Source of the DNA: an uncultured Gemmatimonadales bacterium
GTDB taxonomy: Bacteria; Gemmatimonadota; Gemmatimonadetes; Longimicrobiales; RSA9
NCBI GenBank assembly: GCA_963798845.1
Contig: CAWCUS010000006.1
Location: 1,088,001-1,152,000, forward strand
DNA length: 64,000 nt
Direction of reading: 5' to 3'
The position numbers were made by a program, and so were the translations under genes. Within the stretch, counting starts at the first letter, position 1, and each line of letters starts with the position of its first letter. The notes under the pieces were generated by a model. The model did no database searches, was not told the DNA's origin, and was given only the letters and a program-made list of their open reading frames with translations. Shown here piece after piece: positions 47,804-58,212 of this stretch.

Positions 47804-49376
47804 ATACGTTCGCGAGGATCTCCATCACCACGGTGCGCAGCCCGTCCAGGACGAACTGGACGCCCACCACCATCACGAGCAGCCCCATGAGACGGGTGAC
47901 GACGTTGATTCCCGTCTGGCCCAGGAGCCGGAAGAGGCCGGGACCGGCCAGCAGGACCACGAGGCTGACGACGAGCACGGCAGAGATCCCGGCATACACC
48001 AGCCCGACCTGAAGCGGGCTCGTGGTCTGGCCCATGAGGGCGATCACCGTGGTGATGGCGCCGGGACCCGCCAGTGTCGGGATCCCGAGCGGCACGACCG
48101 CGACTCCCGTGCGATCCGCGCTCTCGGCCTCCTCCTCTTCGGTCGTCTTCGAGCGCGACCGCCTGGCCTGCAGCATGTCCCAGCCGATGCCGAAGAAAAG
48201 GACGCCGCCCGCGATGCGGAAGGCGTACGTGGTGATCCCGAAGAAGCGCAGGATCGCGGTGCCGAACCCGGCGAAGATGAGCAGGATGGCGGCGGCGGTG
48301 ACGCAGGCGAAGATGGCAGTCCGTGCGCGCTGGCCCGCGGTCATCTCTTCCGTCAGACCGACGAAGATGGTGAGGGCGCCCAGGGGGTTGACCATGGCGA
48401 GGAGGGAGCCGAAGACGACCGTGGCGAAGGCGACGAGGGTGCCGTCGCCGGCCGGCACGCCACGCGCGGCACCGCCGGCTGGCTCGGGTCGCGCGGCGAC
48501 GACGGCGAGGCGGCGGCCGTCCGGGGAAACGGCGAGGCGTGTGAGCCCGCGCAGCCCGAAGCGGGCGAGGTCGCCTACCTGTCGCCAGCTGCGGGATTCC
48601 GGCTCGAGCTGGTAGATGCGGCTGCCGTGGGCAGTGACCACCGCGCCGTCCGGGGTCCAGGCGTGATACTCGTCCTCCCCGAGCAGCGGCGCCAGGGTCC
48701 GGGTCTCCCCGCTGTCGAGGTCCAGCTCGCGCAGCCACCATCGCCCCCCGAGCTGCTGCGTGAACGAGACGGCGTTCAGGCCTGGGACCGGCTGGAGCGA
48801 GCGCCCGATCCCTTCCGCCACCGTCCGCTCCAGCCCCGTGCCCAGGTCGGCGATGCGGAGCGTGGCGGGTTCCCCGAGGATGTAGAGCGCCACGCGCTCC
48901 GGGGTGACCCACGCGTGATAGCCGATGGAGTCGATGTGCTCCAGGAGCAGCTGCGGATCGCTCCCGTCCGCGGCGAAGGACCAGAGGCGCTGGACGGAAT
49001 CGGCGTCCACGCGCACGACGGAGAACCGGTCGCTGCCGGGGATCGGAGTGGGGGAGTATTCGGATTCACGCGTGCGGGTGAGCCGGAGTCCGGTGCCGGT
49101 GGCGAGATCGAACCTGTAGCTGTCCGCCTGGTCGTTGCGGATCGAGGTGTAGAGCAGGCCGCGTCCGTCCGGCGTGAACGCGGGCTGGTTGTCGTAGCCG
49201 GCGCGGTCGGTCACCGCGCGGGCGGACTGCACCAGCACGAGGCGGTCTCCGGACCGCTCCATCGCCAGGAGGTGGATGTCGCTCACGTCCTGGGCGAGGC
49301 AGGAACGGGGGGAGAGCGCCAGCGCCACGGCCGCTGCAAGCGCGATGGCGACGATGTCGGGCGGCGGGCGCATCAT
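47802..49376 (-). CDS. Exported TolB-like beta-propeller fused to a MarC-family membrane domain
   Basis: Signal peptide, GYDNQPAFTPDG, ESEYSPTP, AVSPDG; then VNPLG, AFRIAGG, VPLGIPTLAGPGAI, TRLMGLL. Confidence 0.8.
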   Translation of the reverse strand: MMRPPPDIVAIALAAAVALALSPRSCLAQDVSDIHLLAMERSGDRLVLVQSARAVTDRAGYDNQPAFTPDGRGLLYTSIRNDQADSYRFDLATGTGLRLTRTRESEYSPTPIPGSDRFSVVRVDADSVQRLWSFAADGSDPQLLLEHIDSIGYHAWVTPERVALYILGEPATLRIADLGTGLERTVAEGIGRSLQPVPGLNAVSFTQQLGGRWWLRELDLDSGETRTLAPLLGEDEYHAWTPDGAVVTAHGSRIYQLEPESRSWRQVGDLARFGLRGLTRLAVSPDGRRLAVVAARPEPAGGAARGVPAGDGTLVAFATVVFGSLLAMVNPLGALTIFVGLTEEMTAGQRARTAIFACVTAAAILLIFAGFGTAILRFFGITTYAFRIAGGVLFFGIGWDMLQARRSRSKTTEEEEAESADRTGVAVVPLGIPTLAGPGAITTVIALMGQTTSPLQVGLVYAGISAVLVVSLVVLLAGPGLFRLLGQTGINVVTRLMGLLVMVVGVQFVLDGLRTVVMEILANV

Positions 49377-49573
49377 GCCGCGCCGCCCGGTCACGCGCTT
49401 CGGTCGGGATCGATTCATCGGGTCGGGCGCTCCGGGCCTCGGGTCGCGGGACGTGATGCGCAGGATGCTACGGGCGGAGGACGCCGGCTGCCAGGGGCGG
49501 GAACGCGCTTGCCACGCCGGACCAATGGTTACAGACTTCGCGCCGTGAACAGCATCGACCAGGCCAGACGCCC

Positions 49574-50992
49574 GTGAGGACCAGAGTCCTGCCGAGCATC
49601 GCCGAATGGGAGGTCCGGGGCAAAGCGCGCCGCGGCATCTGGGAGCGGCTGACCCCGCCGCAGCTCTTCATTGCCTCCTTCGCGCTCCTCATCCTGGGCG
49701 GGACCGTGGGGCTGAAGGTGCTTCCGAACCTCTACACGGGCGAGCCGCTGTCGTGGCTCGACGCCCTCTTCACCTCCACGAGCGCCGTCTGCGTCACCGG
49801 TCTGATCGTGGTGGACACTGCCACCTACTTCACCTTCTGGGGCCAGCTCTGGATCCTCGTGCTCGTTCAGCTGGGCGGTCTCGGGATCATCACCTTCACC
49901 ACCTTCATCATTCTGGCCCTGGGGCGCCGGCTGTCGCTGCGCCACGAAGCGCTCGCGGGTGCGGAGATCGAGCTGGGGGAGGAGCTGGACCGAAAGCGCC
50001 TCGCGTACGACATCCTGCGCTTCGCTTTCGCGCTGGAAGCTGCGGGCGCACTGATCCTCTACGTCCTGTGGGTGCCGCACTTCGGAATCACGACGGCCGC
50101 CTGGCATGCCGTGTTCCAGTCCATCAGCGCGTTCTGCAATGCAGGCTTCTCGACCTTCTCCGACTCGCTCATGGGATTCCAGACATCGGCGATCGCGCTG
50201 CTCACCATCACGACGCTCATCGTGGCGGGCGGCATCGGATTCCTGGTCCTCGAAGAGCTGTACCTGCGGCGCAGATCGTGGCGTGACCCCCGCGGAATGC
50301 GCCTTTCCCTTCACACCCGCCTGGCCATCGTCACCACCGGCCTGCTGCTGGCGCTCGGCACTGCGCTGTACCTGATGTTCGAGTGGAACGGGGTGCTCTC
50401 CCACATGAACGTGGCCGACCGCGTCAGCAACGCGCTGTTCATGAGCGCCACCGCCCGCACGGCCGGGTTCAACAGCATCAACTACGCGGCCGCAGGCGAC
50501 GACACGAACTTCCTCACCATCCTCCTCATGTCCATCGGCGGGTCCCCCGGCTCCACCGCGGGCGGAATCAAGACGACGACGTTCGCGCTGATCGGGCTGC
50601 TGGCGTTCGCTCGCCTGCGCGGCGACCAGATGGTCTCCATCTGGGGCCGGTCGGTGCCGGAGGAAACGATCCAGCGGGCCGTGGGGCTGTTCGTGCTCGC
50701 GTTCGCGGTGGTGACGTTCGCCATCTTCGGCTACGCCCACACGGAGCTGCGCGGCGCGGCCCACGGCGGCGGGCCATTCCTCGCCCATATGTTCGAGGCG
50801 GTGAGCGCGTTCAACACCGTCGGTCTCTCGCTCGGCGCGACGCCGCACCTTTCCTCCAGTGGACGGTTCCTCACCGTCCTTCTCATGTTCGTCGGACGCG
50901 TCGGACCGCTGGTCTTCGCCGCCGCCCTGGCGCGGCGGGCGAGCCGGGGCGCTCGCGTCCGCTTCTCCTACGAAGACGTGGTGATCGGATGA
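49574..50992 (+). CDS. ktrB: Ktr/Trk potassium uptake permease
   Basis: Pore loops SAVCVTGL, SAFCNAGF, ARTAGF, SAFNTVGLS; GSTAGGIK; GRVGP. Confidence 0.92.
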   Translation: MRTRVLPSIAEWEVRGKARRGIWERLTPPQLFIASFALLILGGTVGLKVLPNLYTGEPLSWLDALFTSTSAVCVTGLIVVDTATYFTFWGQLWILVLVQLGGLGIITFTTFIILALGRRLSLRHEALAGAEIELGEELDRKRLAYDILRFAFALEAAGALILYVLWVPHFGITTAAWHAVFQSISAFCNAGFSTFSDSLMGFQTSAIALLTITTLIVAGGIGFLVLEELYLRRRSWRDPRGMRLSLHTRLAIVTTGLLLALGTALYLMFEWNGVLSHMNVADRVSNALFMSATARTAGFNSINYAAAGDDTNFLTILLMSIGGSPGSTAGGIKTTTFALIGLLAFARLRGDQMVSIWGRSVPEETIQRAVGLFVLAFAVVTFAIFGYAHTELRGAAHGGGPFLAHMFEAVSAFNTVGLSLGATPHLSSSGRFLTVLLMFVGRVGPLVFAAALARRASRGARVRFSYEDVVIG

Positions 50993-51663
50993 GCACCCGC
51001 AGACGAAAGCGATTCGTGGTGATCGGGCTCGGGAACTTCGGGTCCGGCGTGGCGGAGTCGCTCCACGCCAAGGGCCACGACGTGGTGGCCATCGACCTGG
51101 ACGAGGATGCCGTCGATCGCATCGGCGCGCAGGTCTCCCGCGCCGTGGTGGGCGATGCGCGCCAGCGGGCGGTGCTGGAGCGGGTCGGCGCCGACGATGC
51201 CGACGCCGCGGTCGTTTCGACCGGACACGATCTGGCCTCGTCCGTGCTCGCCATCATGGCGCTGCGCGACGTGGGCGTGCGCGAGATCTACGCGAAGGTC
51301 ATCTCCCGCGACCATGCCCGCATCATGGACCAGCTCGGCGTGACGGAGACCATCTTCCCGGAGCGCGAGTCGGCGATCCGCCTGGCCGAGCGGATCGTCA
51401 GTACCGAGATCCTGAACTACATCCGGCTCGGCCGTGACTTCTCGCTCCAGGAGCTGGCCGTGCCGGAGCGCTGGATCGGCAAGTCGCTGCGCCAGCTGGA
51501 GCTGCCGCGGCGGCACAGGATCAGCGTGCTGGCCGTCCACGACGTCCTCAACGACGTCATCACACCGGTCCCCGATCCCGACGCTCCGCTGAAGGAGTCG
51601 GACACGATCCTGGTGGCGGGGGCGGACGAGGACCTGGCCCGCGTGGCGGAGCGGGTGGAGTAG
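50989..51663 (+). CDS. ktrA: Ktr/Trk RCK regulatory subunit
   Basis: VIGLGNFG, FPERE, TrkA_C domain; ATGA overlap. Confidence 0.92.
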   Translation: MSTRRRKRFVVIGLGNFGSGVAESLHAKGHDVVAIDLDEDAVDRIGAQVSRAVVGDARQRAVLERVGADDADAAVVSTGHDLASSVLAIMALRDVGVREIYAKVISRDHARIMDQLGVTETIFPERESAIRLAERIVSTEILNYIRLGRDFSLQELAVPERWIGKSLRQLELPRRHRISVLAVHDVLNDVITPVPDPDAPLKESDTILVAGADEDLARVAERVE

Positions 51664-51716
51664 CGGAGCGGGAGCGAACGCGGCCGTTCCGCGCGGGTGG
51701 AGCGAGGAGCGCGAAA

Positions 51717-52724
51717 GTGAGCGAGCGGCCGGCACACCACGCCCCCGACGGGCGATTCCGCAATCCATGGCCGATGAAGGATCGCGCCGAGGAAGGTGGG
51801 CTGGACGTCCTGAAATGGGGGTGGCAGCGGCTGTGGGCCGAGCTGCCCCCGGACCCCGACCCGGGCCGCATCCCCCGCGCCGACCCGCAGGTGGCGAGGC
51901 CGGAGCTGCCCGCGGACGCCGACGGGCTGCGCGTGACCTGGCTGGGGCAGGCGAGCTTCCTGCTCCAGGGCCCGGGCGCGAACGTGCTCACCGATCCGAT
52001 CCTCAGCCAGCGCGCGTCACCGGTCCCGTGGGCCGGGCCCCGCCGCTTCTCGCCGCCCGGTCTCCGGGTGCAGGACCTCCCCCTGATCCACGCGGTGGTG
52101 ATCTCTCACGACCACTACGACCACCTCGACGCCCGCACGGTCGCCCGGCTGCGCGACCGCCCCGGCGGCGGGGAGACGACGTGGTTCGCTCCGCTCGGCC
52201 ACGCCGCCTGGTTCCGCAAGCACCGGATCCGGCGCGTGGCGGAGCTGGACTGGTGGCAGGAGGCTGCCTTCGAGAGCACTGCCGGCCCGCGCGTCGAGCT
52301 GCGCGCGCTCCCTGCGAGGCACTGGTGCCGGCGTCACTTCTGGGACACGCGCCGGCGCCTCTGGTGTTCCTGGGCCATCTCCATGGGCGGGCGCAGGCTC
52401 TACTTCGCCGGAGACAGCGGCTATTGCCCGGCGTTCGTCGAGATCGGCGGGCGGGAACCTCCCTTCGATGCAGCGCTCCTCCCCATCGGTGCCTACGAGC
52501 CGCGGTGGTTCATGCGCACCGCCCACATGAATCCCGAGGAAGCCGTGCAGGCGAGCCTGGATGTCCGGGCCAGGACCATGGTGGCCATGCACTGGGGCAC
52601 CTTCCGCCTCACCGACGAGGATCCGCTGGAGCCGCCGGTGCGTGCCCGGGCCGCGTGGGACGCCCTGGGCCTGCCCACGGACGCGCTCAGGATCCCTGCC
52701 ATAGGGGAGACGCTGCGGTTCTGA
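51717..52724 (+). CDS. MBL-fold metallo-hydrolase, NAPE-PLD/RomA-like
   Basis: FRNPW, SHDHYDHLD, PARHW, FAGDSGY, PIGAYEPRW, MHWGTF. Confidence 0.9.
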   Translation: MSERPAHHAPDGRFRNPWPMKDRAEEGGLDVLKWGWQRLWAELPPDPDPGRIPRADPQVARPELPADADGLRVTWLGQASFLLQGPGANVLTDPILSQRASPVPWAGPRRFSPPGLRVQDLPLIHAVVISHDHYDHLDARTVARLRDRPGGGETTWFAPLGHAAWFRKHRIRRVAELDWWQEAAFESTAGPRVELRALPARHWCRRHFWDTRRRLWCSWAISMGGRRLYFAGDSGYCPAFVEIGGREPPFDAALLPIGAYEPRWFMRTAHMNPEEAVQASLDVRARTMVAMHWGTFRLTDEDPLEPPVRARAAWDALGLPTDALRIPAIGETLRF

Positions 52725-52789
52725 CGCGGGCTCGACGTAGGCGCTCGCCGCGCTCGCGCCGCGGTCCCCTGGCCGTGGCGGGGAGGGGG

Positions 52790-54196
52790 CTACCGCCCTG
52801 GCGTCGGGAACGCCACCACGCTCTCGTGCCCCTCCCTATCGACCGCCGCCACGCCGAACAGGTAGTTGTCGATGACCAGCCCGTCCATGACGTGCTGCAT
52901 GGCTTCCTGCTCCCCGTCCCACGGGATGAAGATCCAGTGGGTCCACTGGGGCGCGGTGGTGAGCCGCCAGTAGATCTTGTACCCCGCCAGGTCCGGCGCG
53001 GGATTCACCTTCCAGCTCAGGCGGGCAGCGGGCTCTACCGCGCCCGCGATCCGCACCGTGTCCGGCTGCGGAGGTGCCCAGGCCAGCGACGCCAGCACGG
53101 CCACGTTCACGCCGGTGAGCTTGCGGGCGTAGTCGAAGTCCACGCCCTCGATGACGTCGCCGTAGTGGATGCCGTTCTCCACTCGGACGTCCTGGTGCTG
53201 CCGATTGTAGTTCTCGTGCGTCTCCATGATGCGCACGGCGGGGAAACCCTGGTCGTTGAACGGCTTGTGGTGGCCGCCGCGCCCGAAGCGGTCGAGGCGG
53301 TAGACCATCATCGGCTTCAGCATGGCGGCGAAGTAGTCATCCGCGATGCGGGCGACGTAGCGCGCGAGCTCCCGCGACGGCCCGTCCACCTCGCCGCCGT
53401 AGAAGCGCAGCGCCTGCGTGGTGCGCTCCGTGTCGGTAACCGGGCGAGGCTGGCTGAACACGCGGAAGGACGTGTTGTCGATCACGCCGTCGATCCCCTG
53501 CACGTTCCCGATCATGTCGTTGTTCAGGACCGCGTCCAGCTTCCACCCGGCATCCTTCGCCTTCCTGGCCAGGTCCTGTCCCCCGAACAGCCCCTGCTCC
53601 TCGCCGGAGAGCGCCGCGAAGACGATCGTCCGGTCATAGCGGTGCTTCGTCATCACCCTCGCGGCTTCCAGTGTTCCCGCCAGACCGCTGGCGTTGTCGT
53701 TCGCTCCGGGGCTGTAGGCCGTGTCATTCATCACGTCCGACACCCGCGAGTCAATGTCGCCGCTCATGAGGACGTAGTGGTCGGGCTGGGTCGTTCCCCG
53801 GAGTGTGGCCGATACGCTCACCACCCACGTGTCCTGCTCGATCCGGCTGCGCGGGTCCGCCTTCACCAGGTAGGGCTGGTACTCCACGTCCAGGCACCCG
53901 CCGCACGCCTGGCTGATGCGCTGGAACTCGGCGTGCACCCAGCGCCGCGCGGCGCCAATCCCATGGGTGGAGGAAAGCGTATCCGAAAGAGTGTGGCGTG
54001 TACCGAAATCCACGAGCGTGCGCACGTCCCGCTCCATCCGGGCGGCGGAGACGGAGTCCACCATGGCGCGGATGCGGAGGTCGCGATCGGGCGGCGAAGT
54101 GGGTGATTGCGCGGCGGCGCGGGCGACCGGAACGACAAGCGCGAGGATGAGGGCGTCGGCGAGAGCCGCCGCCGAGCGAAACCCGGGTCGGTGCAT
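52790..54196 (-). CDS. M28 family metallopeptidase, secreted
   Basis: FGTRHTLS, SGDIDSR, PGANDNASG, GEEQGL, NNDMIG. Confidence 0.88.
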   Translation of the reverse strand: MHRPGFRSAAALADALILALVVPVARAAAQSPTSPPDRDLRIRAMVDSVSAARMERDVRTLVDFGTRHTLSDTLSSTHGIGAARRWVHAEFQRISQACGGCLDVEYQPYLVKADPRSRIEQDTWVVSVSATLRGTTQPDHYVLMSGDIDSRVSDVMNDTAYSPGANDNASGLAGTLEAARVMTKHRYDRTIVFAALSGEEQGLFGGQDLARKAKDAGWKLDAVLNNDMIGNVQGIDGVIDNTSFRVFSQPRPVTDTERTTQALRFYGGEVDGPSRELARYVARIADDYFAAMLKPMMVYRLDRFGRGGHHKPFNDQGFPAVRIMETHENYNRQHQDVRVENGIHYGDVIEGVDFDYARKLTGVNVAVLASLAWAPPQPDTVRIAGAVEPAARLSWKVNPAPDLAGYKIYWRLTTAPQWTHWIFIPWDGEQEAMQHVMDGLVIDNYLFGVAAVDREGHESVVAFPTPGR

Positions 54197-54319
54197 TTCG
54201 GTATGTCTCCTGTTCAGGCGTGTACCGGGATGGAAAATGGACGCGCCCGGGGTGCGTTTGCAAACGGCCGGGGCAGGAGGCAGGTTCGGATGCAAACGTC
54301 CGCGCGTGAAGAACCATCG

Positions 54320-56152
54320 ATGACAGGGGCAACGCTCGTGATCCGAACCATCACCGCCATCATCCCGGCCACGGTCGCGACGATTCTCATCACGGCCGTG
54401 TCGCTGGCGGCGCAGGACTCGACGGCGGCCGTGCCGCGGTCGCACCCGTTTCAGCAGGGCGTGCGGTACCGCATCGAGGCGTTCGAGGACGACGGGAGCG
54501 ATGTCCTTCGCGGACGGGCGAAGCTCACGTACACGAATCACGCGCCCACGGCGCTCGAGCGGCTGTACTTCCACCAGTACCTGAACGCGTTCCGGCCGAA
54601 CAGCGCGTGGGCGGCGTACGACCTGGAGCACGGGGACCGCGAGTACCAGGACCTGGCCCCGGCGGATCAGGGCTTCGAGCGCCTGTCCGGCTTCACCGTG
54701 GACGGGAAGGCCGTGGCCGCCGTCTATCCGGGGTCGCCGGACTCGACGGTGTTCTACGTCGAGCTTCCGCAGCCGCTGGAGCCCGGAGACAGCCTCGTGG
54801 CGGAGATGGACTGGACGGCGCGGCTGTCGACGCACCCACGGCGCCAGGGGCGCAAGGGGCGACACTACGACTGGGCGCACTGGTATCCCCGGATCGCCGT
54901 CTACGGACCCGGCGGCTGGGAGTACCGGGCGCACATCCGGCCGGGCGAGCTGAACGGCAACTTCGCCACCTACGACGTCACCATGGACCTGCCCGAGGAC
55001 CAGGTGGTGGGCGCCACCGGCCTACCCCTCGAGGGTGACCCGGGGTGGGCGGCCGTGGCCGTGCAGGGATCCGAGCCGCCGCGCTATCTGCGCGATTTCT
55101 ACGACACCGGACCGGCCGACTCTCTCGGGCTGTTGAAGGGGGCCGCGGCGTCCGGCCGCAAGAGGATCCGGTGGCACGCGGAGAAGGTGCACAACTTCGC
55201 CTGGAGCACGTCGCCAGACTACGTCTACATGGGCGGGCGCTGGAACGGCCGGCCGATCAACCTGCTCTGGGAGCCGTCGAACACGCGCTGGGACCCGGAG
55301 CGCACGATGGCCCAGGAGAAAGCGGCGCTGGACTGGATCGTGACGGTCGTGGGTGAGTACCCGTGGCCCCAGATGACGATCACGGATCGCATCGAGCGCG
55401 GCGCCACCGAGTTCGAGATGCTCTTCATGACCAGCGGCGGCGCCATCACGCACGAGACCATGCACATGATCTTCCACGGCGTGCTGGCCAACAACGAGTG
55501 GCGGGAGGGCTGGCTGGACGAGGGCATGGCCAGCTTCCTGTCGGATTGGCTGGCGGTGCGGAACGGTGCCGACCCCGATCGCGTCTGGGGTCGCACCATG
55601 ACCGAGATCGCGCGCCTCGACGCGGCGGGGCGGGGTGAGCCCGTGGGGCTCCCGGGCGCCGAGTTCAGCAGCTACCCGATGTACAGCATGATGACGTACG
55701 AGAAGGGCGCGGCCGTGCTCCGCATGCTCCGCTACGTCCTGGGCGAGGACACGTTCCTGCGTGCCATGCACGAGTACTATGACCGCTTCCGCTTCCGCCA
55801 GGTCACGGGCCAGGACTTCGAGAACGTGATGGAGTCCGTTTCCGGTCGCGACCTGGACTGGTTCTTCGATGAGTGGATCCGGAAGACGGAGCTCCTCGAC
55901 TATGCGGTGGGGGACGTCAGCGTGAGTGGCGGCCCGGGCGCCTACACCGTCACGGCCGAGATCATCCGCGAAGGTGAGGCCTGGATGCCCGTGGTGGTCG
56001 AAGCTGGCGGAAAGCGGGAGCGGGTCGAGTCGTCCGATCGGGTCCAGCACGTGACGTTCCGGCTCGACCGGAAGCCGGACGCCGTGCTGCTCGACCCCGA
56101 CCACGTCCTCCTCGAGAACGATCGCGCGGACGACAGCAAGCCGGTGCGGTAG
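54320..56152 (+). CDS. M1 family zinc aminopeptidase, secreted
   Basis: Signal peptide, WYPR, HETMH-x18-E (WLDEG), YEKG. Confidence 0.9.
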   Translation: MTGATLVIRTITAIIPATVATILITAVSLAAQDSTAAVPRSHPFQQGVRYRIEAFEDDGSDVLRGRAKLTYTNHAPTALERLYFHQYLNAFRPNSAWAAYDLEHGDREYQDLAPADQGFERLSGFTVDGKAVAAVYPGSPDSTVFYVELPQPLEPGDSLVAEMDWTARLSTHPRRQGRKGRHYDWAHWYPRIAVYGPGGWEYRAHIRPGELNGNFATYDVTMDLPEDQVVGATGLPLEGDPGWAAVAVQGSEPPRYLRDFYDTGPADSLGLLKGAAASGRKRIRWHAEKVHNFAWSTSPDYVYMGGRWNGRPINLLWEPSNTRWDPERTMAQEKAALDWIVTVVGEYPWPQMTITDRIERGATEFEMLFMTSGGAITHETMHMIFHGVLANNEWREGWLDEGMASFLSDWLAVRNGADPDRVWGRTMTEIARLDAAGRGEPVGLPGAEFSSYPMYSMMTYEKGAAVLRMLRYVLGEDTFLRAMHEYYDRFRFRQVTGQDFENVMESVSGRDLDWFFDEWIRKTELLDYAVGDVSVSGGPGAYTVTAEIIREGEAWMPVVVEAGGKRERVESSDRVQHVTFRLDRKPDAVLLDPDHVLLENDRADDSKPVR

Positions 56153-56220
56153 GCATCCGGCCGCGAGATCCGGTCAGGCCTTTCTTGCCGCCTGCCGTCC
56201 GGCTGCGGCATATTGCGTCG

Positions 56221-58131
56221 ATGTCACAGTCCGAATCCGACCGTCGCCCCAACCCGATGGTCAATGTCCTCTTCGGGGTGCTCCTCGCCGGCACGCTCCT
56301 CTACTTCGTGCCGACGCTCGCCCTCGACGGCTCGGCCGTGGCCGCCGTCATCGCGACCATGGTCTGGGTCGGGGGTCTCGCTGCGCTGTGGGTCCTTTAC
56401 CGGCGGGGCGTCCGCGAGGCTGCGGGCGCGAGCCGTCGGGAGCGGAACGCCACGGCGCTGTTCCGTCGGGTCATCGAGGAGGGCGGAGAATCGCACCTCC
56501 TGCTCGGGCTCCGCGGCGAGCTCCTCTTCGCCAGTCCCAATTTCGAGCGACTGGTGGGTGCCAATGTTGCCGCGCTCCAGGAGAACGGGGGCCTGCTCGA
56601 CCTGGTGCGGCGGTCGGATCGTCGCCGGGTCCTGCAGGAGTTCGCCAAGGTGAGGCGACAGCCGGGCGCCAGCGTGGCCCTCGAAGTCGTGGTGGTGCAG
56701 CCGGACGGCGGCGAGCTCACGGTGGATGTCAGGGCGCTGAACCTCTCGGACGATCCCGACGTGGGCGGCGTCCTGGTGACGCTGCGGGAGGTGACGCCGC
56801 GCCGGACGCTGGACAGCGAGATCCAGCACCTGGCCTACTACGACGCCCTCACCGGGCTGGCCAACCGTCGCTTTTTCTTCGAGCACGGCGCCTCCGCGCT
56901 CTCCCTTGCCCGGCGGCAGAACCACGTGGCCGCGGTGCTGTACCTGGACCTCGACCACTTCCGGCAGGTGAACGAAGTCCTGGGTCACGAGGCCGGCGAC
57001 GCGCTGCTCGCGAGCGTCGCCGCGGCGCTGAGCCGAACGCTGAGGGAGACCGACGTCCTGGGCCGCATGGGTGGCGACGAGTTCGCCATCCTGCTCCCGG
57101 ACATCCGCGATGAGGAGGCCGCGGGCCGCGTGGCGCACCGGATCCTGGAAGCTCTCCCGCACAGCACGGTGGCGGAGGGCCACGACGTGCCGGTGTCCGC
57201 CAGCATCGGCGTGGCGCTGTTCCCGGAGGACGCGGCGGGGCTGCAGGAGCTGCTGGAGGCGGCCGACGTCGCCATGTACCGCGCGAAGAGCGCCGGGCTC
57301 GGGATCCAGTTCTATCGCCCGGAGCTCCGGGAGAAGATGGAGCAGGGGCTGCGGCTGGAGAACGACCTGCGCTGGGGCCTGGAGCACCACGAGTTCCAGC
57401 TCCACTATCAGCCCGTGTTCCACATCGGGACGGGCGAGCGGGTCGGGGCGGAAGGGCTCTCCCGCTGGCGACACTTCACCCAGGGGATCGTGGCTGCCGC
57501 CCACTTCATCGGCCTGGCGGAGCGCTCCGGGCTGATCCGCTCTCTCGACCGCTGGGCCATCGCACGTGCCGTGCACCAGCGGAAGAACGAGCCGCAGGAC
57601 CGCTTTCCCGGCTGGGTCGCGGTCAACCTGTCGCCCCAGTCCCTGGGCGACGCCGACCTCCCCGACTACATCCGCGCCACCCTCGAGCACGCCGGGCTCG
57701 ATCCCGGCGCGCTGGTCCTCGAGCTGCCGGACGGCGTCCTCGGTCCGGATCCCGCCGACGCGGCCGACCTGGTGTGGGCGCTCAAGAGCACCGGCGCCGG
57801 CATCGCCCTGGACGACTACGGCGTCTGGTCCACCTCGCTGTCGCAGCTGCGGCGCCTGCCCGTCGACTTCCTGAAGCTGCACCCGGACTTCATTCGCGGG
57901 ATCGGCGTGGACCCGGCCGACGAGCGGGTGGTGGAAGCCACCATTTCCCTGGCTCACGGTCTGGGCGCCCGGGTGGTGGCGAAGGGCGTGGAAACGGAGG
58001 CCCAGCTGAACTGGCTGCGCGGTGTGGGGTGCGACCTGATCCAGGGCCACTTCACGGGCGCGCCCGTGCCCGCCGACCAGCTCCCGTCCGGCCGAGACCG
58101 CCTGGCCGCCGGGAAGCACGCGAGGCAGTAG
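56221..58131 (+). CDS. 2-TM PAS-GGDEF-EAL protein with degenerate EAL
   Basis: DALTGLANR, RETD I-site, GGDEF; EAL motifs altered (EGL, ELPD, DDYGVW, AKGVET). Confidence 0.9.
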   Translation: MSQSESDRRPNPMVNVLFGVLLAGTLLYFVPTLALDGSAVAAVIATMVWVGGLAALWVLYRRGVREAAGASRRERNATALFRRVIEEGGESHLLLGLRGELLFASPNFERLVGANVAALQENGGLLDLVRRSDRRRVLQEFAKVRRQPGASVALEVVVVQPDGGELTVDVRALNLSDDPDVGGVLVTLREVTPRRTLDSEIQHLAYYDALTGLANRRFFFEHGASALSLARRQNHVAAVLYLDLDHFRQVNEVLGHEAGDALLASVAAALSRTLRETDVLGRMGGDEFAILLPDIRDEEAAGRVAHRILEALPHSTVAEGHDVPVSASIGVALFPEDAAGLQELLEAADVAMYRAKSAGLGIQFYRPELREKMEQGLRLENDLRWGLEHHEFQLHYQPVFHIGTGERVGAEGLSRWRHFTQGIVAAAHFIGLAERSGLIRSLDRWAIARAVHQRKNEPQDRFPGWVAVNLSPQSLGDADLPDYIRATLEHAGLDPGALVLELPDGVLGPDPADAADLVWALKSTGAGIALDDYGVWSTSLSQLRRLPVDFLKLHPDFIRGIGVDPADERVVEATISLAHGLGARVVAKGVETEAQLNWLRGVGCDLIQGHFTGAPVPADQLPSGRDRLAAGKHARQ

Positions 58132-58145
58132 AGGCGAGTATGGCG

Positions 58146-58180
58146 GGAGGGCCGCGGCGCACTCGCGCCGGCGGCCCTCC
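58146..58180. terminator. Hairpin between convergent genes
   Basis: GGAGGGCCGCGGCGC-ACTC-GCGCCGGCGGCCCTCC, one bulge. Confidence 0.55.
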
Positions 58181-58212
58181 ACGCCGCTCGCTCCGCGCCG
58201 GCCGGAACCCCC

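Noticed and set aside
49498..49537. Promoter-like motifs upstream of ktrB
   Set aside because: Both the sigma54-like (CGGGAA-N5-TTGC) and sigma70-like matches are weak.
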